Origin: Takakia lepidozioides
Taxonomy: Eukaryota; Plantae; Bryophyta
Length of the DNA stretch: 64,000 nucleotides
Direction: 5' to 3'
Assembly (NCBI GenBank): GCA_030704615.1
Contig: CM060732.1
Coordinates: 82,770,001 to 82,834,000 of the forward strand
Position numbers and translations under genes: made by a program. Every line of letters starts with the position of its first letter. Position 1 is the first letter of the stretch. The notes below the pieces were generated by a model. The model made no database searches, was not told the origin of the DNA, and saw only the letters and a program-made list of their open reading frames with translations. Shown here piece by piece: positions 36,305 to 49,700 of the stretch.

Positions 36305-38790
36305 CTAACTCCTGCCATAGGGATGGTATCGTCCATTGCTATTACCATAACCCCGACTACTCCCATAGCCACTGTAGGCCCCACTTGTACCATAGCCACC
36401 CCCATAACCAGCAGCACTGTAACCACCATACCCCATTCCTCCGTACGCATCACTGACATCGCTATACCCACCCATCATGCCACCACCATAGTCAGCAGAT
36501 CCATACAATCCCATATTGCCTCCATACCCTCCTCCACCCATGGACCCACTCCCATAGCCTGCAACACCCACATTGCCACGTCCGTAGCCTCCGTCCCCAT
36601 AACCACCTCCATATCCACCACCATAGCCTCCGGCCCCATAACCTCCAGCCCCATATCCACCTCTTCCACCATAAACACCCCCTCCTGACCTGTATGAACT
36701 ACCATATCCTCCGGCACCCCCCATGTTGTCATATGCTCCTCCATCTCCGTACCCTCCATAAGCAGCACTACCGCCAGCACTGTATCCACCTCCCCTTCCG
36801 GCACCCCCATATCCTCCTGGACTTTCTTGCACTGCTCTTTTAGGTTCTGCTTTCTTCAACTCCACCTGTCAAATAACAAGAAACCACTCAGCACTTAAAA
36901 AATCCAAGCACTTGATGTACTTACTCAGTAATCCCAGTAGTCCCATGGATATATGTAGTGAACCTACTGTGGGTTTGACTTGACTTACCTACCACCAAAG
37001 ACCTACAAAAGGGTACTTACGTGGGCAACTTTGCCTTGTCTTAAGATGCAGCCCAAACTACAGATGAAGGAAATGGCCACCAAGAACTGGCCCTGCTGTT
37101 TGAACCACAAATACCCAACGTTGGAGCTTATATTGTGTGGTTTGTGTGGTCTACAAAGCCACAAAATGGTGGTGTAAGCTACCCCCCTACACCAGCATGC
37201 ATACGGAAACTAGCAAGACTGACAGAGGAAGAGATTGCATAAGTTGATAGATTTCTGAAAGTAGCTTGAGTTGAAAGCTGGCCATATGTGGACAAGCTTC
37301 AAACTCACACCTACAACTGCAAGTTCTCATTGCACTGTACACAAAATCCTGCTCACTTTCATCATTCCTCCGAGGGAGAGAGAGTACCTGCTTTCCACCA
37401 AGCTCATGCATTTTCCCATGTGCAAGGATGTCTTCGACAGACTGTTCGCTATCAAAAGTCACAAACCCAAAACCCCGAGAGCGCCCTGTGCTGTGATCTT
37501 GCATAATTTGATGCTCCACAACCCTTCCAAAACCGGCGAAGTAGCTTTTGAACTCGTCTGTAATTAATTTACACAGAAGTCAGAAAGTACTTCCTAATGA
37601 ACTTTCACCCACCACAGAAATAACAGCTCCAACTCAGACTTCCACCTTTACGGACATGAGAAAGAAGAGCGAGAGGGCAGTTGTCAGCATCCACACAAGC
37701 ATACCATCTGTGATAGTAGGAGGTATGCCTCCTACAAAAATCTTCTTTGTTTTCGGTCCTTTGGTTGCAGAGATGTTGTCCCGAGGAACCGACTTTTTGG
37801 CCTCCACCTGCACCTCCATCTAGTGAGCGTTGTGATTCACCGCTGTGGATTCCAAGATCTTCCCAAAACTGGAACATACAAAATAAAAACTGAAAACGGA
37901 CCCCTTCCGCACAAGCTCCGAAGTGAATGCACCCAAGGTCTACAGTTTTGACACTAACCGTTCTACCATCAATGACATGCTTGTCTAGGACAACACGATC
38001 GCAGACGGCTGCATCGGCAAAGGTGACGAACCCAAACCCGCGAGGATGACCCGTAGAGCGATCTTTCATGATGACAGCATCTGTGATTTCTCCATAATCC
38101 TTGAAGTGGCTTGTGAGGTTATCTGTACGTAGTGTGGGATGTAAGTGCCCGACTAGAAAAAGAATGTGGAAGGTATCTAATCTATCTTCCCAATCACTGT
38201 AGACCCCAAAGACCAGAACCTACCGTCTGAGTGCACGGCTGTAAGTGAACAGAATAAACAGTGAACGTAGTTACCATGCAGAAACGATTCATTCAGTTGT
38301 GCACCTTTAATTCGAAACCTCAAAACCTCGGGAAACGGGGAATAGGCACGCACCTGTAGATGTATCCCATGAAAGGCCTCCGATGAAGATTTTCCCTCTA
38401 TCATGCGAATGGTAGTGAGTTAGCTACATGGGGATCGATGACCACTCTTACTTCTACAAGCAAATCGCGTCATCCATACCACAATCAGACCCTACAGCGA
38501 CTGCTAAAGCTCAAACTACAGCTAGGTCCATAAGGGGCTGAACTTGCAACTAACCCTGGACACGACGTTTTCTCTGCGGAGGCGTCTGGCGAAGACTTGG
38601 CTTCGCTTTCTACCACAACGGCCTTTGGAGTCCCTCCATTCTCAAACTGCTGCTCTTCCGGCTCATCGTCAGCCTGGTGCTCCGGCTCACCCTCGGCCAC
38701 ATGCTGCTCCTGCTGCTGCTCTTCCAACTCTTGATTCAAATCGGGCTGGCCCCCCTCCTGCCCCCTCTGCTCCTCCCCCCCTCCTTCCAT
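36305..38790 (-). CDS. Two-RRM glycine-rich RNA-binding protein (hnRNP A1/Musashi-like); exons ~38790-38555, 38397-38354, 38122-37959, 37807-37708, 37557-37388, 36865-36305
   Basis: KIFIGGLSWDT...RGFGFVTF (RRM1), KKIFVGGIP...RGFGFVTF (RRM2), GY-rich tail ending RYHPYGRS (PY-NLS). Confidence 0.93.
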
Positions 38791-39060
38791 CACCAGCAGC
38801 AGCAGCAGCAGCAGCGACCCTCGTGCAAGCCAGCAACACCACAACTGACGACACCTTTGCCTCTACCTCTTACTCCCCTCCTTCCCTACCTGCCTGCCCT
38901 CTTCCTCTTTCTCTGCCTGCGTACAAAGCCGTGTAGCTCTCCTGTCTGCGAGCTTCCCTCTCTTGCTGCACCAATCGCTGGCTATGGCGGCCGTTACCCT
39001 TACCCTACACACAAGCACCTTCAGAGATGACACCCCGACGGAAACCCTGTCTGCTCTAAC

Positions 39061-39240
39061 CAGTGTTGGGCGGTTACCCGCCTGGACCGCGGTTCAGGTT
39101 CCGGTTACCCGGAACCGGACCCATTCCCTGCAGAACCAGTTCCGGAACCCGAACCGGCCGATATGAATCAGCACAGTACCGAACCGACTCTTCCAGTTGT
39201 GAAAACGGTGCCTGGGGTTCAGTTCCGGTTTCGGTTCTTG
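39061..39240. mobile_element. hAT-like MITE end rich in GAACCG/CGGTTC motifs
   Basis: Begins CAGTGTTGGGCGGTTACCCG; a related terminus TACCCGCTCAACACTG is at ~11180-11194; partner TIR not found. Confidence 0.45.
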
Positions 39241-39289
39241 TATTCTCCCAAAACCATTGGTGGGCCCTTGGCATAACATGGCGTACTTA

Positions 39290-39674
39290 GAGCATCCCCC
39301 GAAAGACTCCGTTCAACGCCAAAATTACGTGATCGATTCAGGGCTGTTGGGTTCTGTGGCGAGGCGGCCCCTCCTCGCACACACCCTTACCCCTGAATCG
39401 CCCACGCTATCCCCCGCAGCTCGGCTTCCATTGGCAGGAGGGGCCGTGCTCGTTGCCAACATGCACGTGCTAGACCTGGGCATGGTCACGTTGACTTGGA
39501 TTGAGGGGCATATTCGGTCCAAAATACGGCACTCGGGTTTAGTGCACAGAAAGTGCCCGCTTTTCATGGGATATAGGGTTCAGTGCAACGGTGTGCATGT
39601 TTTCCTGCCCACCACACCCAACCACACCCTGATATTCCGTTGGCGTCTGGGTTCAGTGTAGGCTGGGGATGCTC
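39290..39674. mobile_element. PIF/Harbinger (Tourist-like) MITE
   Basis: TIR GAGCATCCCC...GGGGATGCTC; TTA TSD on both sides. Confidence 0.85.
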
Positions 39675-39951
39675 TTACAGCATAACTAGCAGTGGCGCGG
39701 TAAGTCACGCCAACGGCATTATGCCGGCCCATTTTTGGCCTGGAGATCGTTTAATACCGTGGCAGCTAGTGTAAAGGCCAGCAACATGATAGCCTCCCAC
39801 GACAGACCCCCCCCCCCTCTCGCTGATGACGTCCTATGCGGCGCCTCGATGATGTCGTGCTTTTGTTAGCCGTCGTCCCCGTTCGGGCCAAAACCATTTG
39901 CTCCATACTATTGCAGCGTTCTCTTTCGTACACAAGTAGACCTTCATACAG

Positions 39952-41299
39952 GAGGGTAGCTACCGTGTAAGCAGTTCACGTGAGCACGCTCACGTTTTAA
40001 GTGGTAAACATGAGCAGAATCCCTTAAGCGTGAGCAGATTAGTGAATGGGAGCCTATAACCGAGGAAGAAGATGGCCTATTGCCGTGGACAAAAAAACTA
40101 CAATGCACGGACGCAATCTCCACCCCATCCTACGGAAGAATCCTTGCTGGGTGATGACCATACGGTACGAATGTGCGATGAAAAGCTGCCGGATGAATGG
40201 TTTTGAGATAAATAAGTAAAAAGAATGGATGATTGTTGGATGACTTTTGGATGAAAAATGAGCGACATGAATGAACCATGGTGCGTGTGCAGGTGCTCAG
40301 GATTAAGGTGTCGTCAACGACATCTTAGATCCAAGTACGAGTTGCCACATGAAAGCTTACGGAAAAACCAAATCCCCAAATTTTTTTCCCAAAAATATTA
40401 ACCAAAAAACTTTCAACCCAAAAAACTTTCAAGGCGAAGAAGCCTTGGCGGTAAGGCGGTGTGTGTGCAGGTGGTGGGGATTAAAGTGTCGTCAACGACA
40501 TCTTAATTCCGAGTACGAGTTGGCACATGACAATTCATGGAAAAACCAAAAACCCCAAAAAAATTCACCCAAAAAATTTCAACCCACAAAAATCTGATGG
40601 CGAACAAGCCTTGGCGGTAAGGCGGTGTGCAGGTGCTGGGGATTAAGGTGTTGTCAACGACATCTTAATTCCCAGTACGAGTTAGCATATGACAATTCAT
40701 GGAAAAATCAAAAACCCCAAAAAAATTCACCCAAAAAAATCTGATGGCGAATAAGCCTTGGCGGTAAGGCGGTGTGTGCAGGTGTTGGGGATTAAGGTGT
40801 CGTGAACGACATCTTAATTCCCAGTACGTGTTTTGAAATGTTTATTTATAAAGCACGAGTTCACCTCTCTGCCTTCTTTAAATTTGGGTGTGAGCATTTC
40901 TCTCAACCTTGGATACCTGGAAAAATGACAAGTAACCCCTCCTCAATCCACAAAGCAATGTGGATTCATTGTTGGCAATGTACACTGTACTTTCACAATT
41001 GATTTGCAAGCAAGACTAGCATGGTTTAAAGGATTTCGGAGCTCCTACTACAAAACAACTTTGTATTATTTCATTTATTTCATTCATCCATGTCTCATTC
41101 ATCATACAGACATTCATCCCTCATTCATCCCAGCAGCATCCATAACCGAGCTTGTAATACTGGCCACTATGCGCAGTAATAGGTCTTCTAAGTCGAGTAG
41201 GCGCTCGCGGTTATAGGTGGGCAGATCCTAAATCGTGAGCAGATTTCTGCTCACGGATTTTTCTGCTCGTGGGATCTGCTCACAGAATAGCATCCCCTC
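39952..41299. mobile_element. Mutator-like non-autonomous element with internal ~170-bp tandem repeats (40280-40830)
   Basis: Termini GAGGGTAGCTA / TAGCATCCCCTC, subterminal GTGAGCA/TGCTCAC motifs, 9-bp TSD ttcatacag / ttgatacag. Confidence 0.75.
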
Positions 41300-41355
41300 T
41301 TGATACAGACACTCCGTGCAAAAGATACTTGGGACTAGGTTCTGTGGACATTACT

Positions 41356-42310
41356 ATGGCTGATGCTTGGAGAGCTTCTCTTGTGGATCAGATGGAGACC
41401 AATCTATTTGGTGATGAATTAGATGATGAGCTTTTCATGGACTTGCTTCTTAACCAAATACAAGATAACTTGGCAGAAGAAGAAGAGCTTGTCCCCAAGT
41501 GGGGTGGTTCCCAACTTGACAGATTACACAGTTTGAAGAGAGATAGGGTTGTTGGGCATGAAAGGATTATGAGAGATTATTTTTGCGAAAAGCCAGTCTA
41601 TGGCGAGAGGCTTTTCATACGCCGTTTCAGGATGATAAGGTCTTTGTTTATGAGGATTGTGGATGCAATAGTGGCTTATGATGTCTATTTCCTACAGAAG
41701 CCTAATGCTGCAGGTTTGATTGGGTTGTCAAGCATTTATAAATGCATTGCTGCATTGTGAATGCTTGCTTATGGAGTGGGGGCTGATGCAACCGATGAGT
41801 ACGTGCGAATGGGTGCTAGCACTGCAATGCTTTCTATGAAGCGGTTTTGTGGGGCAATCTGAGCTTGCTTTTAGGATACCTACCTCCGGCAACCTACTCG
41901 TGCTGATTTGGAGAAGCAGATGGACATCAATGCTGCGAGAGGTTTTCCGGGTATGTTTGCATTGATTGTCTGTATGCATTGGGAGTGGAAAAACTGCCCT
42001 GTTGGATGGCAGGGTCAGTTCCAAGATAAAGATGGGGTTAAGAGCATCATATTGGAGGCTGTGGCTGATCAGTCATTATGTATATGGCATGCTCAAGACA
42101 TGGTGTCTGGCTCAGGACATGATGTCAATTTTCTGGTCAATGTCAAAAATTGCTCGCAGATAGCATTTATCCGAAGTAGGCATGTTTTGTTCAAACAATT
42201 CACAAACCGCCGGATCAAAAGCGACAACATTTTTGTATGATGCAGGAGGCAGCTCGCAAGGATGTTGAGCGTTGTTTTGATGTGTTGCAAGCGCATTGGG
42301 CTTGAGCACT
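41356..42310 (+). pseudogene. PIF/Harbinger DDE transposase (Plant_tran-type), disrupted
   Basis: RDRVVGHERIMRDYF...RRFRM..SLF, AL*MLAYG, RGFPGM...CMHWEWKNCPVGWQGQF, ILEAVADQSL.IWHA; stops plus an internal deletion. Confidence 0.9.
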
Positions 42311-42559
42311 TGTGGGCAGCCAAAGGCAACTCTCTTTATTGACTTTCGTGTGATGTACTTTGACCTGCGAGCGCAATGCATTACATAGTATAAGTCATTT
42401 CTGATTTGTAATTCACATGGATTTCAATACAATATTGGTGAGCATTGAAAGCGCCTGCGTGATTGAATGTAACATTGAATGATGGGATTCAACTAGTGGT
42501 GTGTATTATGTCTGGGAAAGGGCCAGCCTTACTGCACATGTGACTCATGACCCGAAGGT

Positions 42560-43255
42560 CTTCAAGTCTGAAGATACCTTGAAACTTGCTGAAATGACAG
42601 AGTCACTGAGGGGGGGCAACCAAAACTATTGAACAAAATCAGATGCCTAAAAGACATTGTCTAGTGCATCATGCCCTTTTTTAGCAATCAAAATGCCATC
42701 ACACATCAGAATTGGCCAAGTATAGCTCCCCCATCAAGGTGTTCAAGCATGTAGGTACCTTGAAACTTGCAGAAATGGCAGAGTAACTGAGGGGGGCCAA
42801 TCAAAACTATTGAACAAAATCAGATGCCTAAGAGGCATTGGCAGGGGCATCATTCCCCTTTCTAGCAATCCAAATTGCCATCACACATCAAAATTGGCCA
42901 AGTATAGCCCCTCTATCAAGGTGTTCAAGCATGTAGGTACCTTCAAACTTGCAAAAATGGCAGAGTCACTGAGGGGGGTCAATTCCTTTTAGGCATCTGA
43001 TTTTTTTCAGTAGTTTTGGATGACCCCCTTCAGTGAATTTTGGATTGCTAGAAAGTGGAATGATGCCCGTGCCAATGGTTTTTTTAGGCATCTGATTTTT
43101 TTCAATAGTTTTGGTTGGCCCCCCTCAGAGCTGATGCCATCTTTGAAGGTTTCGAGGCACCTACAGACTTGATCACCTTGATGAGGGGCCTGTACTTGGC
43201 CAATTCAAGATTTTGATGGCAATTTGGAATGTTAGAAAGGGCCATGATGCACGGC
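42560..43255. repeat. ~180-bp unit repeated directly (~2.5x) then inverted, forming a foldback
   Basis: CAAAACTATTGAACAAAATCAGATGCCTAA twice on + (~42620, ~42803) and TTAGGCATCTGATTTTTT twice (~42990, ~43084). Confidence 0.8.
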
Positions 43256-43550
43256 TTCCATATTACGCTACAATCAAACACGAATTGAATTTAGTCATCA
43301 TTGAAAAGGTGCAGCCTTTGTGCACGCAACAATACACATCAATATTCAGAATAATTGACATTTAAGTTAAACCCAATCTCATATTCATCACCTAAACGTG
43401 TTACGTGATAATCATCCTCCACAGCTTGGCTCGGATCGTCCTCAATGTTATCTAGGTGCTCCATGTGAGGAACAGGTGCTAAGGTTCGATTAGGTGTAGG
43501 CAACTTGGCCAACAGAGGTGCAATTGGCACGATCACTTGGCCGGCGTAGC

Positions 43551-45577
43551 TCAGCCTTTGGCCGCAGCTGCTGTTGCAGCTTCCTTTTCCGCAATGCGTC
43601 GGCGAATCTTATTAAGCTCCTCACGCCTTTGCAGCAATAGGTACTCACGAGCGTCCTCCCCCGTTGTGGCATCAAGCGGCATGGAGAATAGCTGCAATGC
43701 TGATTGATCCGAGAGCATTTTAGCTTTCTCTAGTGAGGCCTTCGCAATAGCTGTTGTCACAGCTGCTTGCGCCCTAGCTGAGCTCTCTCTCGACCGAGCT
43801 ATCCTCAACTGGTCCTTGGCCACTCTCGATCCAATTGGCCTGACCATGCAGGCAGGTGTTGGCAGGTCACCTTCAGGCCCATTTTATGATATCGCTCTCC
43901 GTTGAACTTTGGGTTGGGGTAATTATAGCGTCAATGGCGATTGAAGCCTCTCCAACCGTTGGGACAGTTGGGGCCTTATAGTTGAAGACTTTTGCTTGAC
44001 GTTGGGGGGTGGTTTGCGAAGATCTTGTGGCCCTTCTGCCCAGCGAGGAACGTCACGTAGTACAAGCCAGCAATGAAGGTATAGGAATTCCGGCTTGGCA
44101 GGGTTCTTGAGTCCGTAGAGCTCAAGGGCACGTTGGAAATAATCGTCGTGACTGGTTCCCGATTCCTTCACACTCGTCACCTCCTGCTGATAAACACTGG
44201 CGAACTTGGACACATCATGCTTGAAGTTTCACCACTTCGTCTCCAAAGATCTGGCAGGTCTATAGCCACACCTTGCCGGATGGTGATCATTGTAATGCTC
44301 GGGGAGGTCACCCTTTATATCTTTTAGGTATTACGAAAAAAAGGGTATTTTATAGGGGGGTATTATTTTGATTTTGGTCTTTATCGGCCACCCTATATTT
44401 ACATAAATTTGTAAAATGCTATATTTTTTGGCAGACTATATTAATTATAATTTGCTGCTGCTAGCAAATTTTAGGCACGCTATATTAAAAATAAAATGAA
44501 AAAATATTTTTTTTTCAATAAAAATTAATTATTACTTGGTCGAAACAAATTCGTCCAAAGATTGGGCATCAATAGCGTTCATGCTATAACATTCTGAGCT
44601 TTCTCAAAAGTCATAATAACCGAACTAATAATTGAATCTATGTCTATCCATTTACTATCTGTTGCATCATACTTGAATTTAAGGTGCCCCCTAGATTTCG
44701 AGAAATAGTTTAAGAGGACCATTAAACATCATGAAGAATACCAACATGAGCCAAGAGCCCATATTTGCACGATGGACAAGCTCTTCACATCGCCACCTGA
44801 ATGGATTTTAGAGACTTAGCCTGGTTGGAGTTATCGATGATGAGCACCAGCGAGGAAGAGCTGTGGAGTAGGAGGTGGGAGCAATAGCGAGAAGGACGCA
44901 GCAGCAAGGAGGACGAGGAGCGCAACAACGAGGAAGTGAGGACGATATAGCTTAGTGCATGAGGCGGAGGAAAAAAATGATGCAAAAAAAATTTGATCCC
45001 GCGATGTCGCGGCGGGCAAACATCTGTATCCCCCCCCCCAACATATCCCCCCCAACCTATCCCCCCCAAACCTGATAGCCTACCTCACAAACCAGTAATT
45101 AGACGACACGTGTCCCAGATATTTATCAGATTGGAAGTTGTAAAAAAAAAAAGAAACTTCTATATTTCACACCCTATATTAATTTAAATTTTGAAACCAG
45201 GATTTATTGGTACCCATATTTATTTGTAATTATTTTATAAATTTTATCTACTAAGAATATATTGTAGCCTATATTTTTTTGCACTTGTATCTCCGGAATA
45301 TTTGGAAGTGCCTCCCCGAGTTGTAATGCGCCGAGACCCTCTCCCAGAAAGTGACACTCTTTTGCCCATTTCCTGTGCATGAATCTTGAGAGATCGCTAG
45401 GAAAGAGCGACAAAACTGCCTTTCTTCGTTATCCACAAAGTTCTTCCCATTGGTGCCGCGAGGTCTTGTTGTGGTTGCTGCCACATTGGTTGTAGTTGGA
45501 GGAGGCGCACTGGTGTGTATAGTAGCTGCGACCGGCCTGCTAGAAGTGGCAGAGACGAAAAGATGCTCCCAATCCAT
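43551..45577 (-). pseudogene. Harbinger Myb/SANT-like DNA-binding protein (NAM-associated type), interrupted
   Basis: KNFVDNEERQFCRSFLAISQDSCTGNGQKSVTFWERVSAHYN | DHHP..RPARSLETKW...KFASVY...FLYLHCWLVLRDVPRW; RPIG.RVAK; split by the 44298-45320 insertion. Confidence 0.85.
44298..45320. mobile_element. Non-autonomous TIR element with 8-bp TSD, superfamily unclear
   Basis: TIR CTCGGGGAGG...CCTCCCCGAG; perfect TSD ttgtaatg (44290-44297, 45321-45328); removal restores the SAHYNDHHP frame. Confidence 0.88.
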
Positions 45578-46784
45578 CGTGAGACCGTACTCAAAGACCC
45601 AGATAGACGGTGCCGTGAGAGAATTCCGGAGGCGGCAACGGAGTTGTAGATGCCGTGCTTGAAGAATGGATTTGCGAGACAGCCGACACTTTAAACCCTA
45701 AGCGCCCGCGAGGCCCCAAACGGGCCATTTCGGTTTTGGACGGGCTGTACAAGGCGCCGATCTGGGTCGATTTGATGTTGCGAAAGGCCCTCCACATCAG
45801 CTAGGGGCATGCAAAAGGGATTCGGCCGATTCAAGTTTAGCCGTGAGATCTTAGGGTTTGAGTGGCAGGGGGTTTTCTTTTTGCTTCCCGCGCTCTCTCT
45901 CTCTCGTGCTCTATCGCTCATGCCAGGTCGCAGCAGGGAAGTCCCTGTGCTTTGACCCCCTGTGCTTTGACTACCCAGCAGGGGGCTATATTCTTGGCCA
46001 AATGGCCTGATTCTTTGCTCTGACAGGTGCAGCACCTCACGCAGATGAAAAGCTCTGTCCGCCAGACTCATCCGTTTCCCCAAATTTTGAAAATAACAAA
46101 ATGTTTCCTGTGAAAACGTGACACATTTCCAAAAATGGGCCCCACCCGCAACGGTGGGGTTTTGGCGTGATTGGCCCCAAATTTGGCATGCAGGGGCAGG
46201 GGCAGGTGGGGAGAGATTGTCCGGTCAATTTTCCAAAATTGTAAAAACATCGAAAATTACGAAGGATTTCGTGGCAGGGGGTCTGTTTTTGGTGGAAAGT
46301 CAAACATGGCCGCTGCTGGCCATGCTCTTATTTACTTCCACCTCGTGAGTCTGTCCAAGAAACAAGACACTAGGCTTGGAATGGGCCCACTCTGATACCA
46401 TCTTCACATTGTCCTTGTTATTCAACCGGAAATCACACTATCCCACGTCGCTATAGTCTAATTGCTGTCGATCCCAGAGGGATCGGTATTGGTTCGGACT
46501 TGGGACGTTCGTATCTCACCTGTTGGCCTCCTGTTGTTCAGCAAATTGGCAGATTCTACGACAACCTGGACATACACTTGTTCAGAAGCTAAAGCTCAAG
46601 GAATATCCCGATTTCAAGCTCAATGTTCTGAAGGATGGGCGCTGGGCTTATGAGGGCTTATGAGCGGACCCTCCAAAGTGGATTGGACTGTACAGTGAAC
46701 GATGCATTGCCAAGAGATCACTGGCAATTTCTTTTCACAATTCCCAATTGCTAAAGCATCTAGATATCTTCGAGGTGGGCAAGC

Positions 46785-49700
46785 ATGGAGAGCAACAAGC
46801 TTGGGCCATGGTTGTGTCTGCCATGGTTGCTGTTGTTGCAGCAGGCTGCGGTGATGGATGCAACGCAGGGGTGGGAGTGGATCACGAGGCTGCCGGAAAT
46901 GGACGGGCAGCAGTTCAAGCAGATAGCAGAGCCGCTGGTGGAGATGAGCGCAAATGCATACCGCTACCCCGCTGTGATAGACATTCCGGGTTGGATCCTT
47001 GCGTCCGCTGTCCCTCCTCTCGCACCTCCTCACGGAGGCGTTCACGCCCTAGTTTATGAGGTCACTCATCTCTCCCATAGGAAGACAGAAACAGAGAGAG
47101 GTTTCAGTTGGAAATCGTTACTCCTGGCCTTGTTGAGGTGCCTTTGATGGTTTTGCGCTTAGTTTGGTGGTCGCATTGATGACCAGAACCCCAACTGTTC
47201 TTATCCACGAGTGAATCCAAACTTCGCATTGCAAAATTGAGTCAAGAATTTGTGTGCATGAGGCAAATCCCCACAGCGGGGTAGCATCTTAGGGTGCTAT
47301 TTTTTCATGCGCTGCTTCAGTTAATCTGAGAGTTGGAGATACTGTTCAATGAAAGTCCCACCAGATCAGATTCCCCGTTGCAATTGGGTTATGGAGGGTT
47401 CCTGCCACTACTTTGCCCCTGCAGTATCTCAAGAAAGGAGTACTTCATATCCCTTGAAAAGTTATGGTCCGAACTGCACATCCCACGTCCTTAAGCATGT
47501 GAGATGTTTGCTGGTGTCTGTGGGTGATTGGAGAAAATCGAGTCCACAGGAAAGCATTCTGTAATACCAAATGATGTACACAAAGTGCTGATGAAACAGG
47601 AGGAGGATTGGGATTGGGAGACAAGTAGACGGATGGTGTTATCATTTCGGGGGACTCAACTAGGAGATACTGAAGATTGTATTGCAGATCAGTGTGCTGA
47701 TCTACTGCTATGGGACAATATCGACCCTCAATTGCTTCCTCCTATCTGTGACCACTTTTCATCTGCAACTCTTGACTACTATTCACAGGCAGTAAACTAC
47801 ACTCAGCAGGTGATCTTCTTCGTGCTCCTCCTTAGGCAGATGAAAGAAATAAAGAAAGAAACTTTATAAAGTCCACAGGAAGCTCAAAGTGCTTATAGGA
47901 CAAAGAAAAGAAAAGTCAGCGTGATCAGACACTGGGGCCCGAAGCAACCATAAAGAAGGGAGAAGGGTGCAGGGGTGAAGAGAAGAAGAAAATGGATGAA
48001 GAAGAATGTCTTGCAGCCTGAACTGGTGACGCTTCCAAAACATATATTGAGTTCAAGACTGAGTTATATGCACAGTTTCTAGGAAAGCATCCAACAGTAG
48101 GGCTTTCTGTGGTTCTCATTCAACCTGGAAACCCCATATTAGCAATTTTTGATTGATTTGCCAACAGTGGGGCCAAAACTGACAGCTCTCATAATTGATA
48201 AGCTTGTTTCTTCCTTTTCACAAATCACAATGTGGCCATTACATGCGAGCATGTTGGCTCTCAATGTTATGCCTCTGAGACATCTACTGACATGTATCCA
48301 GGTGCTCGAAGCATATCCCAGTGGCTTCCTGCTACTCACTGGTGGGTCTCATTTGGCCTTGATGCATGCAGTTATAGGATGTAATTACCATGTGAGAGTG
48401 TCATGACTATGTTTGCATGGAGCTCTTTACTCTTTTCTCCCCCCAGCATGTTTGCTTGGCCAGCATCCTCCAAATGAGTCATCTCTTTATTCCAATCTCC
48501 ATTTCCAACAGGTTCACCATTGATGGACTTCTCAATCACGGTCTTGCTTTCTGGGGTTTCCTTTTGTGGTGGGGGGGTGGTGGGGGGGTAGAAATAAAGA
48601 GAGATTGGGGTGGGTGAGGGATTGAAAGGGAAGGGTGTGGATATTGGTTTTTGTTTGTAGGGCGGGTTATGCCTTTAGTCTGAGAAGTTCACAGGCTTCA
48701 CAGAGGACTTGAATTCCAAGTCTCCAGAGATTGGCCTAGTGCATGCTTGACTAACTGTTTTACGTGCTCCCATACAAGCCTGGACAGAGAAATCAAATCT
48801 TGATGTCAATGGTTGTCTCTACTGATGAAATGGAAAGACATGATCAAAGCTCATGAGATGGAGTCAACTTCACAGGACACAGTCTGGGAGCAGGGCTTGC
48901 GCTGCTGGTGTCTGCAGCATTGTCTACATGTTCTTCCCTTCCTGTCATAGCTTTTGGGTTTGATCTCTACCCTTCTTTTGGTGTCTCTGTGCTTAACATT
49001 TGATAGAACAATTATTTCCACATTACTAAGCATAGAGGCATAAATTCATTTCAGGGCTTTTATGCTGTGGGACACTGAATCTGGGGTAGGAGAGATACCT
49101 CCAGTACTGATGCCTTTGTCTGCAACATTGTGGATAATGCAGTTCTGCAGGTACTAGGACTGCACTTGCAAGGAGGTCATTATCTCTGGCTGCTGAAGAG
49201 GAACACAAGGTGTTCATAATTGCAAATGAGTACGTTTTAAGTCCTCCCAACTTTGTTGGTTGCTTTGCTTTGTTGACATGATTGTGGTTTATCTGTAATT
49301 GGAATGCACCATGATTTGGAAATCTAGCAGAAGGCAGTGGTGTGCCCCCCTGTTCACTGGCATGGCGCCTGTGGGGGATTGGCCTTGCAGCTTATGGCTA
49401 GGGTGGATGCTTTCTGGGAGCAGGGTCTTACAGGAATGAGGCCAGTTCCTGTGAGACAGATGCCCTTGTACCCGACTGTAACTTTAGAGGTGCCAACCTG
49501 AAAGTTCTTCCTGTCGTAGGGGAAATTTGTTGGTTGGACATTTTGTGGGAATCTACAAAATTCTCTGAACACCAGATCCGCAACGGACCAGGGTAACAGA
49601 AACAATTTACCAATCTGTTTCTTCTGAGAAGTGGTTGAGGAATTCTCAAACTTTTGTTTTTGGAGGCCAGGTGGGATGAAATCATGAGAACCACCTGGGG

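Larger units (their letters stand above)
39678..46327. mobile_element. Full-length but decayed PIF/Harbinger transposon with nested insertions
   Basis: Imperfect TIRs CAGCATAACTAGCAGTGGCG / rc GAGCATGGCCAGCAGCGGCC; TTA at 39675-39677 and 46328-46330; convergent transposase and Myb-like genes inside. Confidence 0.8.

Noticed and set aside
38544-39030. PolyQ/polyA ORFs on +
   Set aside because: Antisense to hnRNP exon 1 and a (CAG)n microsatellite in its 5' region.
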